Shown: piece after piece, positions 1 through 9,535 of the stretch | How positions within the stretch are numbered: the stretch's first letter is position 1 | Layout of the letters: every line of letters begins with the position of its first letter | Source: Gammaproteobacteria bacterium | Lineage (GTDB): Bacteria; Pseudomonadota; Gammaproteobacteria; GCA-001735895 | NCBI GenBank assembly: GCA_050291745.1 | Contig: JBNKKI010000173.1 | Location: 3,428-67,427 of the forward strand | Direction: 5' to 3' | DNA length: 64,000 nt | Made by a program: the position numbers and the translations under genes | The notes under the pieces: generated by a model | Databases searched by the model: none | Told to the model about the DNA's origin: nothing | The model's input: the letters and a program-made list of their open reading frames with translations, nothing else

Positions 1-527
1 TACTGGTTAAGTTTTTAGGTTTATGTCCTTTGATGGGTGTATCCAACAAGCTTGACTCAGCGCTTGGTATGGGATTGGCAACTACTTTTGTACTCACTCT
101 GGCAGCGTTTGCGGGCTGGTTACTGGAACACTTTATTCTTCAACCGCTGGATATTGGTTATCTGCGTATTTTAACATTTATTCTGGTTATCGCGGTGGTG
201 GTTCAATTCACTGAAATGGCTGTTCGTAAAACCTCACCAGCTCTCTATCAGGTTCTTGGCATTTTTTTACCCTTAATTACGACTAACTGTGCAGTGCTTG
301 GCGTAGCCTTACTGAATGTACAAAAGGAAAACAACTTACTGGAAAGCCTGATCTACGGTTTTGGTTCTGCACTGGGATTTACGCTTGTATTGGTGATATT
401 CGCCGGATTACGTGAACGACTTGCCTTATCAAGAGTACCAGCAGCATTTCGTGGTGCGCCCATCGCTTATGTTGTGGCCGGATTATTATCACTGGCCTTC
501 ATGGGTTTTGCTGGATTAACTAGTTAA
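1..527 (+). CDS. rnfA: Rnf complex subunit A (RnfA/RsxA), 5' end truncated by window edge
   Basis: Frame-3 translation from nt 3 reads [35 protein letters not shown]... matching RnfA polytopic membrane subunit; first gene of rnfABCDGE order. Confidence 0.9.
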   Translation, partial: LVKFLGLCPLMGVSNKLDSALGMGLATTFVLTLAAFAGWLLEHFILQPLDIGYLRILTFILVIAVVVQFTEMAVRKTSPALYQVLGIFLPLITTNCAVLGVALLNVQKENNLLESLIYGFGSALGFTLVLVIFAGLRERLALSRVPAAFRGAPIAYVVAGLLSLAFMGFAGLTS

Positions 528-547
528 CACTGGAGAGAGAAACACTT

Positions 548-1078
548 ATGTCTGCAGCTATTATCATTATTGCTTTGCTGGGTCTATCGATGGGAACTTT
601 ACTCGGATACGCAGCAAAATTTTTTGCCGTTGAAGGTAATCCACTTGAAGCTGAAATTGAAGAGTTGTTACCGGGATCACAATGTGGTCAATGTGGTTAT
701 CCTGGATGTTCGCCAGCGGCGGCTGCTGTTGCCAATAGTGAAGCGCCTGTCACTTTATGTCCACCAGGCGGTAAAGCACTGGTTGAAGCACTGGCCGAGA
801 AACTGGGTGTGAGTGTGGATCTGTCAGATGTCGATGAACAGGAACCCCGTGTTGCCTATATTCATGAGAATCTCTGTGTCGGTTGTACCAAATGCTTTAA
901 GCGTTGTCCTACCGACGCCATACTGGGTGGCCCGAAACAGATACACGCCGTATTTATGGATGCCTGTACTGGTTGTGAAAAATGTTTTGATGTATGTCCG
1001 ACAGAATGTATCGAAATGCGCAAAGTAGAACACACTTTGCAAACCTGGTACTGGCCTGAACCGGCTAAAGTAGCCTGA
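548..1078 (+). CDS. rnfB: Rnf complex subunit B (RnfB), ferredoxin-like with 4Fe-4S Cys clusters
   Basis: N-terminal TM helix then CGQCGYPGC and two CxxCxxCxxxCP ferredoxin motifs; GGAGAG RBS upstream of ATG 548. Confidence 0.9.
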   Translation: MSAAIIIIALLGLSMGTLLGYAAKFFAVEGNPLEAEIEELLPGSQCGQCGYPGCSPAAAAVANSEAPVTLCPPGGKALVEALAEKLGVSVDLSDVDEQEPRVAYIHENLCVGCTKCFKRCPTDAILGGPKQIHAVFMDACTGCEKCFDVCPTECIEMRKVEHTLQTWYWPEPAKVA

Positions 1079-1086
1079 GAATTAAT

Positions 1087-2625
1087 ATGTCAGTCTCAAA
1101 TGCATTTAAGCTATTTAAAATTCGTGGTGGTGTTCATCCCGATGACCGCAAGTCATTGAGTGGCAAAAAGACCATCGAAAATCTGCCGATGCCGGCACTA
1201 CTGCATATTCCCTTGCAACAGCATATTGGTGCACCAGCAGCTGCGCTGGTTACGCGCGGAGAAATGGTTAAAAAAGGCCAGTTATTAGCACGTAGTCAAG
1301 GTGCGATTTCAGCACCTGTTCATGCGCCCACTTCGGGGAAAATCATGGGTGTTGGTGGTTATCCTGCACATCATGCATCTGGTTTACTGGTGCGTACCAT
1401 TACTCTTAAGCCAGATGGGCTGGATGAATGGATAGATGACCTTGATCCGGTAGCAGACCCTTTTATTCTTTCGCCTGATGAAATCTCCAAACGCGTTGCC
1501 AACGCGGGTATTGTTGGTATGGGTGGTGCAACTTTCCCTTCATCAGTGAAATTAAATTTACGTAAGCGCTACAGTCTCGATACACTGGTGATTAACGGTG
1601 CCGAATGTGAACCTTATCTGACCTGTGATGACCGTTTAATGCAGGAACATAGTGACGAAGTGCTGCAGGGTATTTTGCTGATGGCGCGAGCACTGGAAGT
1701 TGAGAAAGTTTTAATCGCTATTGAAAACAATAAACCTGACGCCATTGCAGCCATGCGGCAGGCAGCTGTAGATTTTCCTCATGTTCAGGTTGTTGGTTTA
1801 CCTACCCGCTATCCCATGGGGTCAGAAAAACATATGGTGCAAACCCTCACTGGTAAAGAAACACCAGCACGCGGTTTGACCGCTGATATTGGTATCGTAG
1901 TTCACAATGTAGCGACTGCTCTGGCTGTAAATGATGCCATTAAACATGGTCATCCATTAATATCTCGGGTGATGACCGTTTCCGGTTCAGCGATTAAACA
2001 ACCCAAAAATGTACGTGTCCTAATCGGTACACCTTTAGATAATCTGGTTGAATTTTGTGGTGGTTATAGCGAAGAGCCGGCCAAAATAATCAGTGGTGGT
2101 CCAATGATGGGGCAGCCTCTACGCGAAACTCGTGTACCTGCCGTAAAAGGCAGTAACGGCTTGCTGGCATTAACAGCAGCAGAAATCAATGCTGCACCCG
2201 AGATGCCCTGCATCCGCTGTGCCAGTTGTGTACAGGCTTGTCCCTGCGGCCTGGTGCCACTGGAAATGGCTTCTAATATTCGTGCCGGTAGCCTGGATAA
2301 CTCGGTTGGCATAGGTTTACTCGACTGTATTGCCTGCGGTTCCTGCTCCTATGTCTGTCCAGCCCATATTCCGCTGGTGCAATACTTTAATTACGCCAAA
2401 GGTGAACTTGCTCAACGTCAGCGCCTGCAACATAAACAGGGTGAAACTAAACGATTGACTGAAGCACGTACTGAACGGATGGAAAAAATTAAACAGGCTA
2501 AACGGGAAGCGATGAAAAAGCGAAAACTGGAAATGGAAGCCAAAAAGAAAAAGGAAGCAGAGGCAGCAGCCCTGGCACAGGCAGCCAGTGAACAGACCGA
2601 GAGCAGTCAACAGGAGGTCGTATGA
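1087..2625 (+). CDS. rnfC: Rnf complex subunit C (RnfC), NADH-binding/Fe-S subunit with Lys/Glu-rich C-terminal tail
   Basis: 512 aa, CIRCASCVQACP and CIACGSCSYVCP 4Fe-4S motifs, GG.TFP NADH-binding region; position between rnfB and rnfD. Confidence 0.9.
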   Translation: MSVSNAFKLFKIRGGVHPDDRKSLSGKKTIENLPMPALLHIPLQQHIGAPAAALVTRGEMVKKGQLLARSQGAISAPVHAPTSGKIMGVGGYPAHHASGLLVRTITLKPDGLDEWIDDLDPVADPFILSPDEISKRVANAGIVGMGGATFPSSVKLNLRKRYSLDTLVINGAECEPYLTCDDRLMQEHSDEVLQGILLMARALEVEKVLIAIENNKPDAIAAMRQAAVDFPHVQVVGLPTRYPMGSEKHMVQTLTGKETPARGLTADIGIVVHNVATALAVNDAIKHGHPLISRVMTVSGSAIKQPKNVRVLIGTPLDNLVEFCGGYSEEPAKIISGGPMMGQPLRETRVPAVKGSNGLLALTAAEINAAPEMPCIRCASCVQACPCGLVPLEMASNIRAGSLDNSVGIGLLDCIACGSCSYVCPAHIPLVQYFNYAKGELAQRQRLQHKQGETKRLTEARTERMEKIKQAKREAMKKRKLEMEAKKKKEAEAAALAQAASEQTESSQQEVV

Positions 2626-3719
2626 TCGAACAACCACTTATAGCCGGTCCCTATACCCACGAAGGGAATAGCATCAGCAAAACCATGCAAATGGTGATGC
2701 TTGCATTAGTCCCTGCGACTCTGGTTGGTTTTTATATGTTCGGCTGGCCTGCCATTTATCTTTTTGCTATTACCATAGGTAGTGCAATGCTGGCAGAATT
2801 TCTGTCGCTAAAAGTGGCAGCTAAACCGGTACGCCCTTTTTTAATGGATGGTTCGGCTATATTGACTGGCTGGCTACTGGCGATGACACTACCTCCCTGG
2901 GCCCCCTGGTGGATCGCGGTGGTTGGATCATTTTTAGCTATTGTTGTCGGTAAACAGGTATTTGGTGGTCTGGGTCAGAATTTATTTAATCCAGCTATGG
3001 TCGCACGTGTTGCCTTACTGATTTCTTTTCCTCTTGAAATGACTTTATTCAGTGCCCCTGCACCTATTTTTTCAGCTAGTGCACCAGACTGGTTGCAGGG
3101 ATTGTCAATCACTTTTGGTACCGGCTCTGAATTCGATGCCATTAGTAGTGCGACACCCTTAGGACATATCAAAACTGAGTTGGGTACAGGTAAAAGTCTG
3201 ACTGAAGTCATGCAGGGCACTGAATCTCTAATACAGATGATCTTTGGAAAATCTCCAGGCAGTCTGGGTGAAACTTCCGCCATATTTATATTATTAGGTG
3301 GTTTGTTTTTACTCTATAAAAAGATTATTACCTGGTATATTCCTGTTTCCATGCTGGCTACTCTGGCTCTTTTGGCTGGCGTATTTCATCTGATTAATCC
3401 TCAGCTTTATCCCGGTGCTTTAACCCATTTAATGTCAGGGGCAGCAATGCTGGGTGCTTTTTTTATTGCAACCGATCTGGTGACTTCTCCAGTCTCAATT
3501 CGCGGGCAACTCATATTTGGAGCAGGATGTGGTTTATTTGTATATGTCATTCGAACCTGGGCAGGTTACCCTGAGGGTGTAGCTTTTGCAGTCATGTTAA
3601 TGAATGCCTGTACACCGCTTATTGATCACTACTTCAAGCCCAGAATCTATGGTCGTGATAGAAAAGGAGAGCCACTTAATTATGCCCCTGTAGAAAGTAG
3701 TAAAGAGAGTGCGTCATGA
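2622..3719 (+). CDS. rnfD: Rnf complex subunit D (RnfD), NqrB-like membrane subunit
   Basis: 365 aa polytopic membrane protein, GGLGQNLFNPAM motif region conserved in RnfD/NqrB; start overlaps rnfC stop (ATGA). Confidence 0.9.
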   Translation: MIEQPLIAGPYTHEGNSISKTMQMVMLALVPATLVGFYMFGWPAIYLFAITIGSAMLAEFLSLKVAAKPVRPFLMDGSAILTGWLLAMTLPPWAPWWIAVVGSFLAIVVGKQVFGGLGQNLFNPAMVARVALLISFPLEMTLFSAPAPIFSASAPDWLQGLSITFGTGSEFDAISSATPLGHIKTELGTGKSLTEVMQGTESLIQMIFGKSPGSLGETSAIFILLGGLFLLYKKIITWYIPVSMLATLALLAGVFHLINPQLYPGALTHLMSGAAMLGAFFIATDLVTSPVSIRGQLIFGAGCGLFVYVIRTWAGYPEGVAFAVMLMNACTPLIDHYFKPRIYGRDRKGEPLNYAPVESSKESAS

Positions 3720-4399
3720 GTACACCGGTAGAACCCTCATACAGAAAGCGTATAGGTTATCAGGCAATGCTACTGGGTGGCTTTGCTACCATTGCTTCAG
3801 CCTTTTTAGTATCGGGCAATATGGCGACCAAAGATGTCATTGCTGAACGTCTTAGAGAGGATTTACTGCAATCCCTGAGTCAGGTTGTACCTGATAATAT
3901 TCATGACAATAACTTGTTGGATAATACGCTGGAAGTCAGCGATCAAAAAGATCATAGCATTGTGATTTATCGTGCTTTTAAAGGTTCTCAAGTGAGTGCT
4001 TTAGCCTGGCAAATTTCTGAAGAGGGATTTTCCGGTGAAATTAAAATGATTATTGCTGTTGATCCTGACGGTAAAGTTCTTGGTGTCCGAGTTATTTCTC
4101 ATTCAGAGACACCTGGACTGGGTGATAAAATCGAAGAAAAGAAAAGTAACTGGATTTTTGATTTCAATGGACTGTCTTTGGGTAACCCACCGCTGAATGA
4201 ATGGAAGGTGAAAAAAGATGGCGGTCGTTTTGATGCTTTTTCCGGTGCAACGATTACTCCACGCGCAGTGGTTAAGGGCATTACCAGAGGTTTAGAGTTT
4301 TTTAAAGCTAATCGTAGTCGTTTAATCTCAATCCCGGATAAGACAGATGAGCGTGTCAATGTCTCAACCCTGGATAGAAAGGAGAAAGCAGATGAGTAA
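3716..4399 (+). CDS. rnfG: Rnf complex subunit G (RnfG), FMN-binding
   Basis: 227 aa, single N-terminal TM, SGATITPRAV FMN-attachment motif (S-G-A-T) typical of RnfG/NqrC. Confidence 0.85.
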   Translation: MSTPVEPSYRKRIGYQAMLLGGFATIASAFLVSGNMATKDVIAERLREDLLQSLSQVVPDNIHDNNLLDNTLEVSDQKDHSIVIYRAFKGSQVSALAWQISEEGFSGEIKMIIAVDPDGKVLGVRVISHSETPGLGDKIEEKKSNWIFDFNGLSLGNPPLNEWKVKKDGGRFDAFSGATITPRAVVKGITRGLEFFKANRSRLISIPDKTDERVNVSTLDRKEKADE

Positions 4400-5060
4400 C
4401 CAGTATTCAGCCATCGCTAAAGATGGTCTATGGGATAACAATATTATATTCGTTCAGGCTCTGGGCTTATGTCCGCTACTTGCTGTAACTGGAACAGCCA
4501 GTAATGGTTTAGGGATGGGGCTTGCCACCACAGTCGTAATGATCGCATCAGGGCTTATGATTGCTGTACTGCGTGTCATAATTACGCCTCAGGTTCGTAT
4601 CCCCGTTTTCGTCTTAATTATTGCCGTACTTGTTACCATGGTTGATATGGCGATGAATGCCTGGGTACATGATTTACATAAGGTACTGGGTTTATTTATT
4701 CCGCTCATTGTTACTAACTGTGCGATTCTGGGTAGAGCTGAATCTTTTGCTTCGCGCAATAATGTACTGCCGAGTATGTTTGATGGATTAATGATGGGCT
4801 TGGGCTTTACCCTGGCTCTGGTTATTCTGGGTGCTACACGTGAAGTCATTGGCAGTGGTACTTTATTTGCCAATGCATCCTTATTATTAGGTTCCTGGGC
4901 ATCGCATCTTGAAATGGTGCTAATACCAGAATACAAGGGTTTTCTATTGATTATTTTACCACCAGGAGGATTTCTGGTACTGGGATTTCTATTAGCCGGT
5001 AAAAGGGTACTGGATAAACGAATTGCCGAACGTCAACAACTTGCTTTGGCAACAGCTTAA
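4392..5060 (+). CDS. rnfE: Rnf complex subunit E (RnfE)
   Basis: Start moved to ATG 4392 (GGAGAAAGCAG-ATG RBS; overlaps rnfG stop) giving MSNQYSAIAKDGLWDNNIIFVQALGLCPLLAV typical RnfE N-terminus; the track ORF begins 45 nt earlier without RBS. Confidence 0.85.
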   Translation: MSNQYSAIAKDGLWDNNIIFVQALGLCPLLAVTGTASNGLGMGLATTVVMIASGLMIAVLRVIITPQVRIPVFVLIIAVLVTMVDMAMNAWVHDLHKVLGLFIPLIVTNCAILGRAESFASRNNVLPSMFDGLMMGLGFTLALVILGATREVIGSGTLFANASLLLGSWASHLEMVLIPEYKGFLLIILPPGGFLVLGFLLAGKRVLDKRIAERQQLALATA

Positions 5061-5079
5061 ACCGGAAGGAGAGATTGAT

Positions 5080-5346
5080 ATGAATGTTGGTGTTGCCTAT
5101 GCAGACAAATTCAAACAGGTCTGGTTAAAACTGGAAATTCCTGACGGAAGCAGCATAAGAGAAGCGATAGAGCATTCAGGCTTACTGGATCAATTTCCAG
5201 ATATTAATCTGGACAAACAAAAGGTTGGTGTATTTGGCAAAGTCACAAAACTTGATGCCAAAGCAGAAGAAGGTACCAGAATTGAAATTTATCGGGAAAT
5301 AACCGCTGATCCCGAACTGGTAGAACGCCGCGACCGGGATGAATAA
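5080..5346 (+). CDS. rnfH: RnfH-family (YfjF/RatB-like) small ubiquitin-fold protein
   Basis: Start at ATG 5080 (GGAAGGAGAG RBS) giving MNVGVAYADKFKQVWLKLEIPDGSSIREAIEHSGL...; position immediately after rnfE as in many gammaproteobacteria. Confidence 0.7.
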   Translation: MNVGVAYADKFKQVWLKLEIPDGSSIREAIEHSGLLDQFPDINLDKQKVGVFGKVTKLDAKAEEGTRIEIYREITADPELVERRDRDE

Positions 5347-5738
5347 AGTCATTCTGCAACATGAGCAATTAAACAGACTTATGATTTTTCCAGGTTTAAC
5401 TGTTTTGCTCCTTGAATAATATTCTTAAAGTATCTTAAACTTACCTGAATAGCCACTCAGGAAGGCTTGCTTTTCTGCTTTTTACAGTTAGATATGCAAG
5501 AGGGGCAATGCTACTTGAGTTTGACGCCCTGGTGGGTGCTGATGTATGCCTATTAATCAAGCTAGTGACGGAGTTAAGGCCTTTACTGGCATAGTTACTG
5601 AAATGATTACAGGTGATTCTTCTGTATTACTAATGGATGAATCGGAAGCATTCCTCCATCCACCCATGTTTTTCAAATTAAACTCATTGAAATAACCACC
5701 AACATTAGGCAAAGTCACAGGGTCAATAAATAAGTGTA

Positions 5739-5924
5739 ATGGTGATAAAAAAATATACACGAAAGGAAATCGAAAAGCTGGAAGACAAAACCGACTATGA
5801 TCGGCTTAAGAAAATGTCTGAAGAGGAAATTCGTAAAAATGCAGAATTAGATCCTGATGCTCCTTTGCAATCAGAATCAGATTTAGATAATTTTAGGCCG
5901 GCTAAGAAACGGAATCTTAGATGA
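5739..5924 (+). pseudogene. Truncated BrnA-like (DUF4415) antitoxin remnant
   Basis: 61-aa ORF ...MSEEEIRKNAELDPDAPLQSESDLDNFRPAKKRNLR resembles the N-terminal half of BrnA antitoxins (D-P-D-A-x-P-L-T-D-E-x-L-x-x-F-R-P-A-R-R); the C-terminal ribbon-helix-helix IRLD part and any BrnT toxin ORF are absent; AT-rich context. Confidence 0.3.
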
Positions 5925-6012
5925 TAAAAGTAAGTAGCAAGAAACTGAAAGAAAAGCCCAAGACAGTGGCATTATGAGGTATAAAATCAGCTGAATGGAA
6001 TCAGGCCAATAA

Positions 6013-6505
6013 ATGGACTTTTTCTACAGCCTCGTCAGGATATTAAATAAGGAGAAAAAAGATATCTCAAACACAATTTGCCTTTCTTAAGAAGAAAAAT
6101 GTTCCAAATAGAGATCAGCTACAGGCTTCAATTGATGCTTTAGGCTTCGATCTAAAGCTTGATCCTGAATTTACCCCATTTGAAGACGAAGGGTTTTCAC
6201 CATGTGTTCTTCGCGGAGAAGAAGATGTAGGTTTTGAAATATTTTATGAGCCTGCTGCAGATCTTATCGAAGACGATGAAGATGATGAAGAGTTTAAGGA
6301 ACTCATAGGTGATAATGATTATTCGATAGCGTTTTCCTGGGGTGGTAACTTTAAAGATTGTACTTGTGTGTTAATGGTGTCTATTGCACTTGCTAATGAC
6401 TTCGGCGCTACAATTTCCTATGAGGGTGATGGAAAAGAAACCATTGCAGGTATGCAAGGTGGCATTGAAGAGTGTCTTAAGGAAATTAATAAAGGTGAAT
6501 CCTGA
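6013..6505 (+). pseudogene. Frameshifted acidic hypothetical protein (two frames joined at an A6 homopolymer)
   Basis: The stop-free frame 6047-6505 has no ATG/GTG/TTG in its first ~110 codons. ATG 6013 opens a 26-codon frame that would run into it if the A6 run at 6055-6060 were A5. Confidence 0.35.
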
Positions 6506-6569
6506 CAAAAAAGGACAGGTTAAAACAGGCAGAATTGATCAAAAGCTCCTTATAGATTCAACAGTATTC

Positions 6570-6808
6570 AACCTGGATTCCGCAGTTGATCGCTGGCAAT
6601 AGAGGTTAACCCTCTGTTTCATAAAGCATGACAGTTGATATGTATAATCACCCAATCGGTGCATCCCGCTACGAACTGAATTGCAGGTTTGAGGTGGTGT
6701 ATCTCTTCGTTGTAACGCCCTGGAAGAGCAGGCTATTGCGCGTCGTTATGCCTTGATCTACAGCACCTCAAATACACAATCAACTCGTCCAACTGCGGAT
6801 TCCAGGTT
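6570..6808 (+). repeat. MITE-like repeat family A, full-length copy A1 (~239 bp), + orientation
   Basis: Left end AACCTGGATTCCGCAGTTGATCG is inverted at the right end as CGTCCAACTGCGGATTCCAGGTT. Internal nested inverted repeats; other copies at 18259, 20954, 26057, 55599, 58606. Confidence 0.75.
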
Positions 6809-6882
6809 CAAAAACTCATACATTTCGTAGTCAATATCCGATATATTACTTTTACTCCCGGATCTAGATATCGTTAAAAGCA

Positions 6883-7782
6883 ATGAACCAAAGAAGATTA
6901 CTGCCCTCTACCAGCATGCTTTCTGCTTTTGAATCTGCTGCCCGTCTGGGTAGTTTTTCGCGAGCAGCGAATGAACTGAATCTCACTCAGGGTGCAATTA
7001 GCAGGCAGGTTCGAGCTCTCGAAGAACAACTGGATACTGAATTGTTTGAACGTACACACCAGCAGGTTATTCTCACCAGTTCGGGGATGTATTACGCAAA
7101 TGAAATAACCACAGCCTTAAACATTATCAAAACGGCAACCTTGAAGACTATCTCTAATAGCGCCGGAGGAGAGTTAAAACTTGCTATTCTGCCTGCTCTC
7201 GGAACTAAGTGGTTGATTCCGCGTTTATCTGATTTTTTAGAGAAAAATCAGGATATTAATATTGGTTTTAAAACAGAAGTAGCCGCTTTTGATTTTCATG
7301 GTACTAATATCGATGCCGCTATCCATTATGGTCAGGCTGACTGGCCGAATGCAGACTGCACTTTTTTAATGGCTGAAACCGTTTACCCTGTTTATTCACC
7401 ATTGCTATTAGAAAAATATTCAATTTGCAGTCTTCAGGACTTCAAAAAAACACCACTGTTACATTTGTCGACCCGCCTTGATCACTGGAGCAAATGGTTT
7501 CATATCAATGGAATGGAGCATGATGCATCTGAAGGATTGAATTTTGAACAGTTTTCGACGCTTGCCCCCGCTGCTGTAGCTGGTCTGGGTGTTGCTCTTA
7601 TGCCTAAATTATTTGTTGAAAATGAACTTAAAAATGGCAGTTTACTTTGTTTCGATGAGGGTGAATGTAAAAGTTCTTCTGCCTATTATCTGGTTACCCC
7701 CAAACATAGAACTCATTATGCACCGGTCAAAATTTTTAGAGAGTGGATTTTAGAGCAGGCAAAAGGTTATTACATTTCGTAA
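6883..7782 (+). CDS. LysR-family transcriptional regulator
   Basis: N-terminal HTH FESAARLGSFSRAANELNLTQGAISRQVRALEEQL typical of LTTRs; 299 aa; directly upstream of the kamA-like cluster. Confidence 0.85.
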   Translation: MNQRRLLPSTSMLSAFESAARLGSFSRAANELNLTQGAISRQVRALEEQLDTELFERTHQQVILTSSGMYYANEITTALNIIKTATLKTISNSAGGELKLAILPALGTKWLIPRLSDFLEKNQDINIGFKTEVAAFDFHGTNIDAAIHYGQADWPNADCTFLMAETVYPVYSPLLLEKYSICSLQDFKKTPLLHLSTRLDHWSKWFHINGMEHDASEGLNFEQFSTLAPAAVAGLGVALMPKLFVENELKNGSLLCFDEGECKSSSAYYLVTPKHRTHYAPVKIFREWILEQAKGYYIS

Positions 7783-7882
7783 TACCCTGTTGATATTAAG
7801 TAGTTTGCGCCTTTCCATCTGATCTGTTTTTCTAGAGCTATTCCTTTTCATGCTGATAATTCAGCAAATTTCGAGGTGGAAA

Positions 7883-9514
7883 ATGTTAGATCGAGTTAAT
7901 TATCTGTCCATTCATATTGATGAAGTTTTAAGCGAAGGCGGTTATCCGCAGGAAGCGCAAAACATCATAAAGGCTGAAAATCTATTACCTCAGGGGCTGG
8001 TGAATCGCCTGCATAATCTGTATCCGCAGTATTCTATTCTCAATCGTACAACTCCACCGATTTTTACCGAGCGTCAAAACTACACCGGTTTGAAAGGCTT
8101 TCGTCTTGTTTGCAAAACGCTGGCTGAACATGGAATTCATATCGATCATATCCTTGAACGGGAACTTTTTATTGAAGTTTATCGTTTTCTGGCAACCCGC
8201 CACACTTTGAATAGCATTGACTGGGATCATTACCAGACTGATAGTGTATTTCAACTGGTTTTTCCACAACCGGGTATGATTCAGCAAAATGTGGTTGACA
8301 GATACCTTGCAGCTCCCAATGCAGAAGCTCGCTCGAAAGTTGCCAGGGACTATATGCATGAAACTAACCCGCATGATGGTAATCAGCAACTCAATAAGCC
8401 CTGGTTTAAAAATGAAGATGGCGATCTTGAAGTGCTGGCAGGTAGTCAGCATAAATACCCGCAGACTCAGCTTATTTTTGATAAATCCACCCAGCACTGT
8501 TTTTCATTCTGTACTTATTGTTTCCGTCACGCTCAGGTACGCGGAGATGAAGATATGTTTTTACAGCAGGATATAAATCAAATTCATCAATATCTTCGTA
8601 AACACAAAGAGGTAACTGACTTGCTAATCACCGGTGGTGATGGTGGATTTATGCCAGCTGAGCGTTTACTGCAATATGTTGAACCACTTTTTGATGATGT
8701 TGAATTAATCCACATCCGAACTGTTCGCCTGGCAACCCGATCACTGACATTTCAGCCTGAAATGGTTTTGACTGAAAAATACCGGAAAATGCTCGGAGTG
8801 TTCGACAAAATGCATGAAAATGGTATACAGCTTGCGTGGATGGCTCATTTTTCAACACCGAAAGAGTTACTCAATCCTATGACTATTGCGGCAATACGTC
8901 GTTTACAGCAACATGGTGTAGCGATCCGTAGCCAAAGTCCTATGATGAAACATATCAGTTTATTTCCTAAACAGGATGGTTCAACCGATATTGAAAAATC
9001 AGCTCAAAACTGGATTGATCTGGCACTTATTCAGAATACATTGCAAGTAGGATTCCATTCAATGTATTGCGCACGTCCAACCGGTGAACATCATTACTAC
9101 ACAGCACCACTGGTCGATGTAATCAAAATATTTAATCTAATCTATCGCTCACTACCATCGATTGCCAGACCGACCCGGCACATCTCTATGACTACATCGG
9201 CAGGTAAATTATCTTTGATGGGTCTTTCCGAAATTAATGGTGAAACGGTTATTGCGTTAAAGTTTAATGAAGCCCGTAATATGCAATGGATAGATAAAGT
9301 TTTTCATGCTAAATATAACCCGCGTACAAATGATGTTAATTTGTTACAGGCTGTCGAGGGTGACAGTTTCTTTTTTCAGCAGGAACTTGAAGAAATTGAA
9401 CAAGCATTAGAAGATTCATTAAAAGAAGCAATGAGTACGTCCAGAAATATTCATATGGATAAAACTCTGCAACAGGACCAGTCTGCAGAAACAGATTTTC
9501 CACAGGCTTTTTAA
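7883..9514 (+). CDS. KamA-family radical SAM aminomutase (lysine 2,3-aminomutase-like) with ~190-aa N-terminal extension
   Basis: CFSFCTYCFRH (CxxxCxxC) followed by LITGGDGG, homologous to the KamA core. Start placed at ATG 7883 (GAGGTGG RBS) rather than ATG 7850, which has no RBS. Confidence 0.8.
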   Translation: MLDRVNYLSIHIDEVLSEGGYPQEAQNIIKAENLLPQGLVNRLHNLYPQYSILNRTTPPIFTERQNYTGLKGFRLVCKTLAEHGIHIDHILERELFIEVYRFLATRHTLNSIDWDHYQTDSVFQLVFPQPGMIQQNVVDRYLAAPNAEARSKVARDYMHETNPHDGNQQLNKPWFKNEDGDLEVLAGSQHKYPQTQLIFDKSTQHCFSFCTYCFRHAQVRGDEDMFLQQDINQIHQYLRKHKEVTDLLITGGDGGFMPAERLLQYVEPLFDDVELIHIRTVRLATRSLTFQPEMVLTEKYRKMLGVFDKMHENGIQLAWMAHFSTPKELLNPMTIAAIRRLQQHGVAIRSQSPMMKHISLFPKQDGSTDIEKSAQNWIDLALIQNTLQVGFHSMYCARPTGEHHYYTAPLVDVIKIFNLIYRSLPSIARPTRHISMTTSAGKLSLMGLSEINGETVIALKFNEARNMQWIDKVFHAKYNPRTNDVNLLQAVEGDSFFFQQELEEIEQALEDSLKEAMSTSRNIHMDKTLQQDQSAETDFPQAF

Positions 9515-9535
9515 AGATTATATAAAATTATTCTC

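Noticed and set aside
570-1042. Overlapping alternative-frame ORFs inside rnfB (570-812, 813-1028, 824-1042) and similar internal ORFs in other genes
   Set aside because: Fully embedded in well-supported conserved genes, no RBS, composition-driven; treated as noise
5557-5760. Minus-strand 67-aa ORF in the rnfH-lysR insert
   Set aside because: No RBS and no recognisable family. It overlaps the putative BrnA-like remnant on the other strand by 22 nt, so it is most likely spurious
6384-6602. 72-aa ORF ending inside MITE A1
   Set aside because: Overlaps the better-supported frameshifted ORF frame and reads into the repeat; likely artefactual
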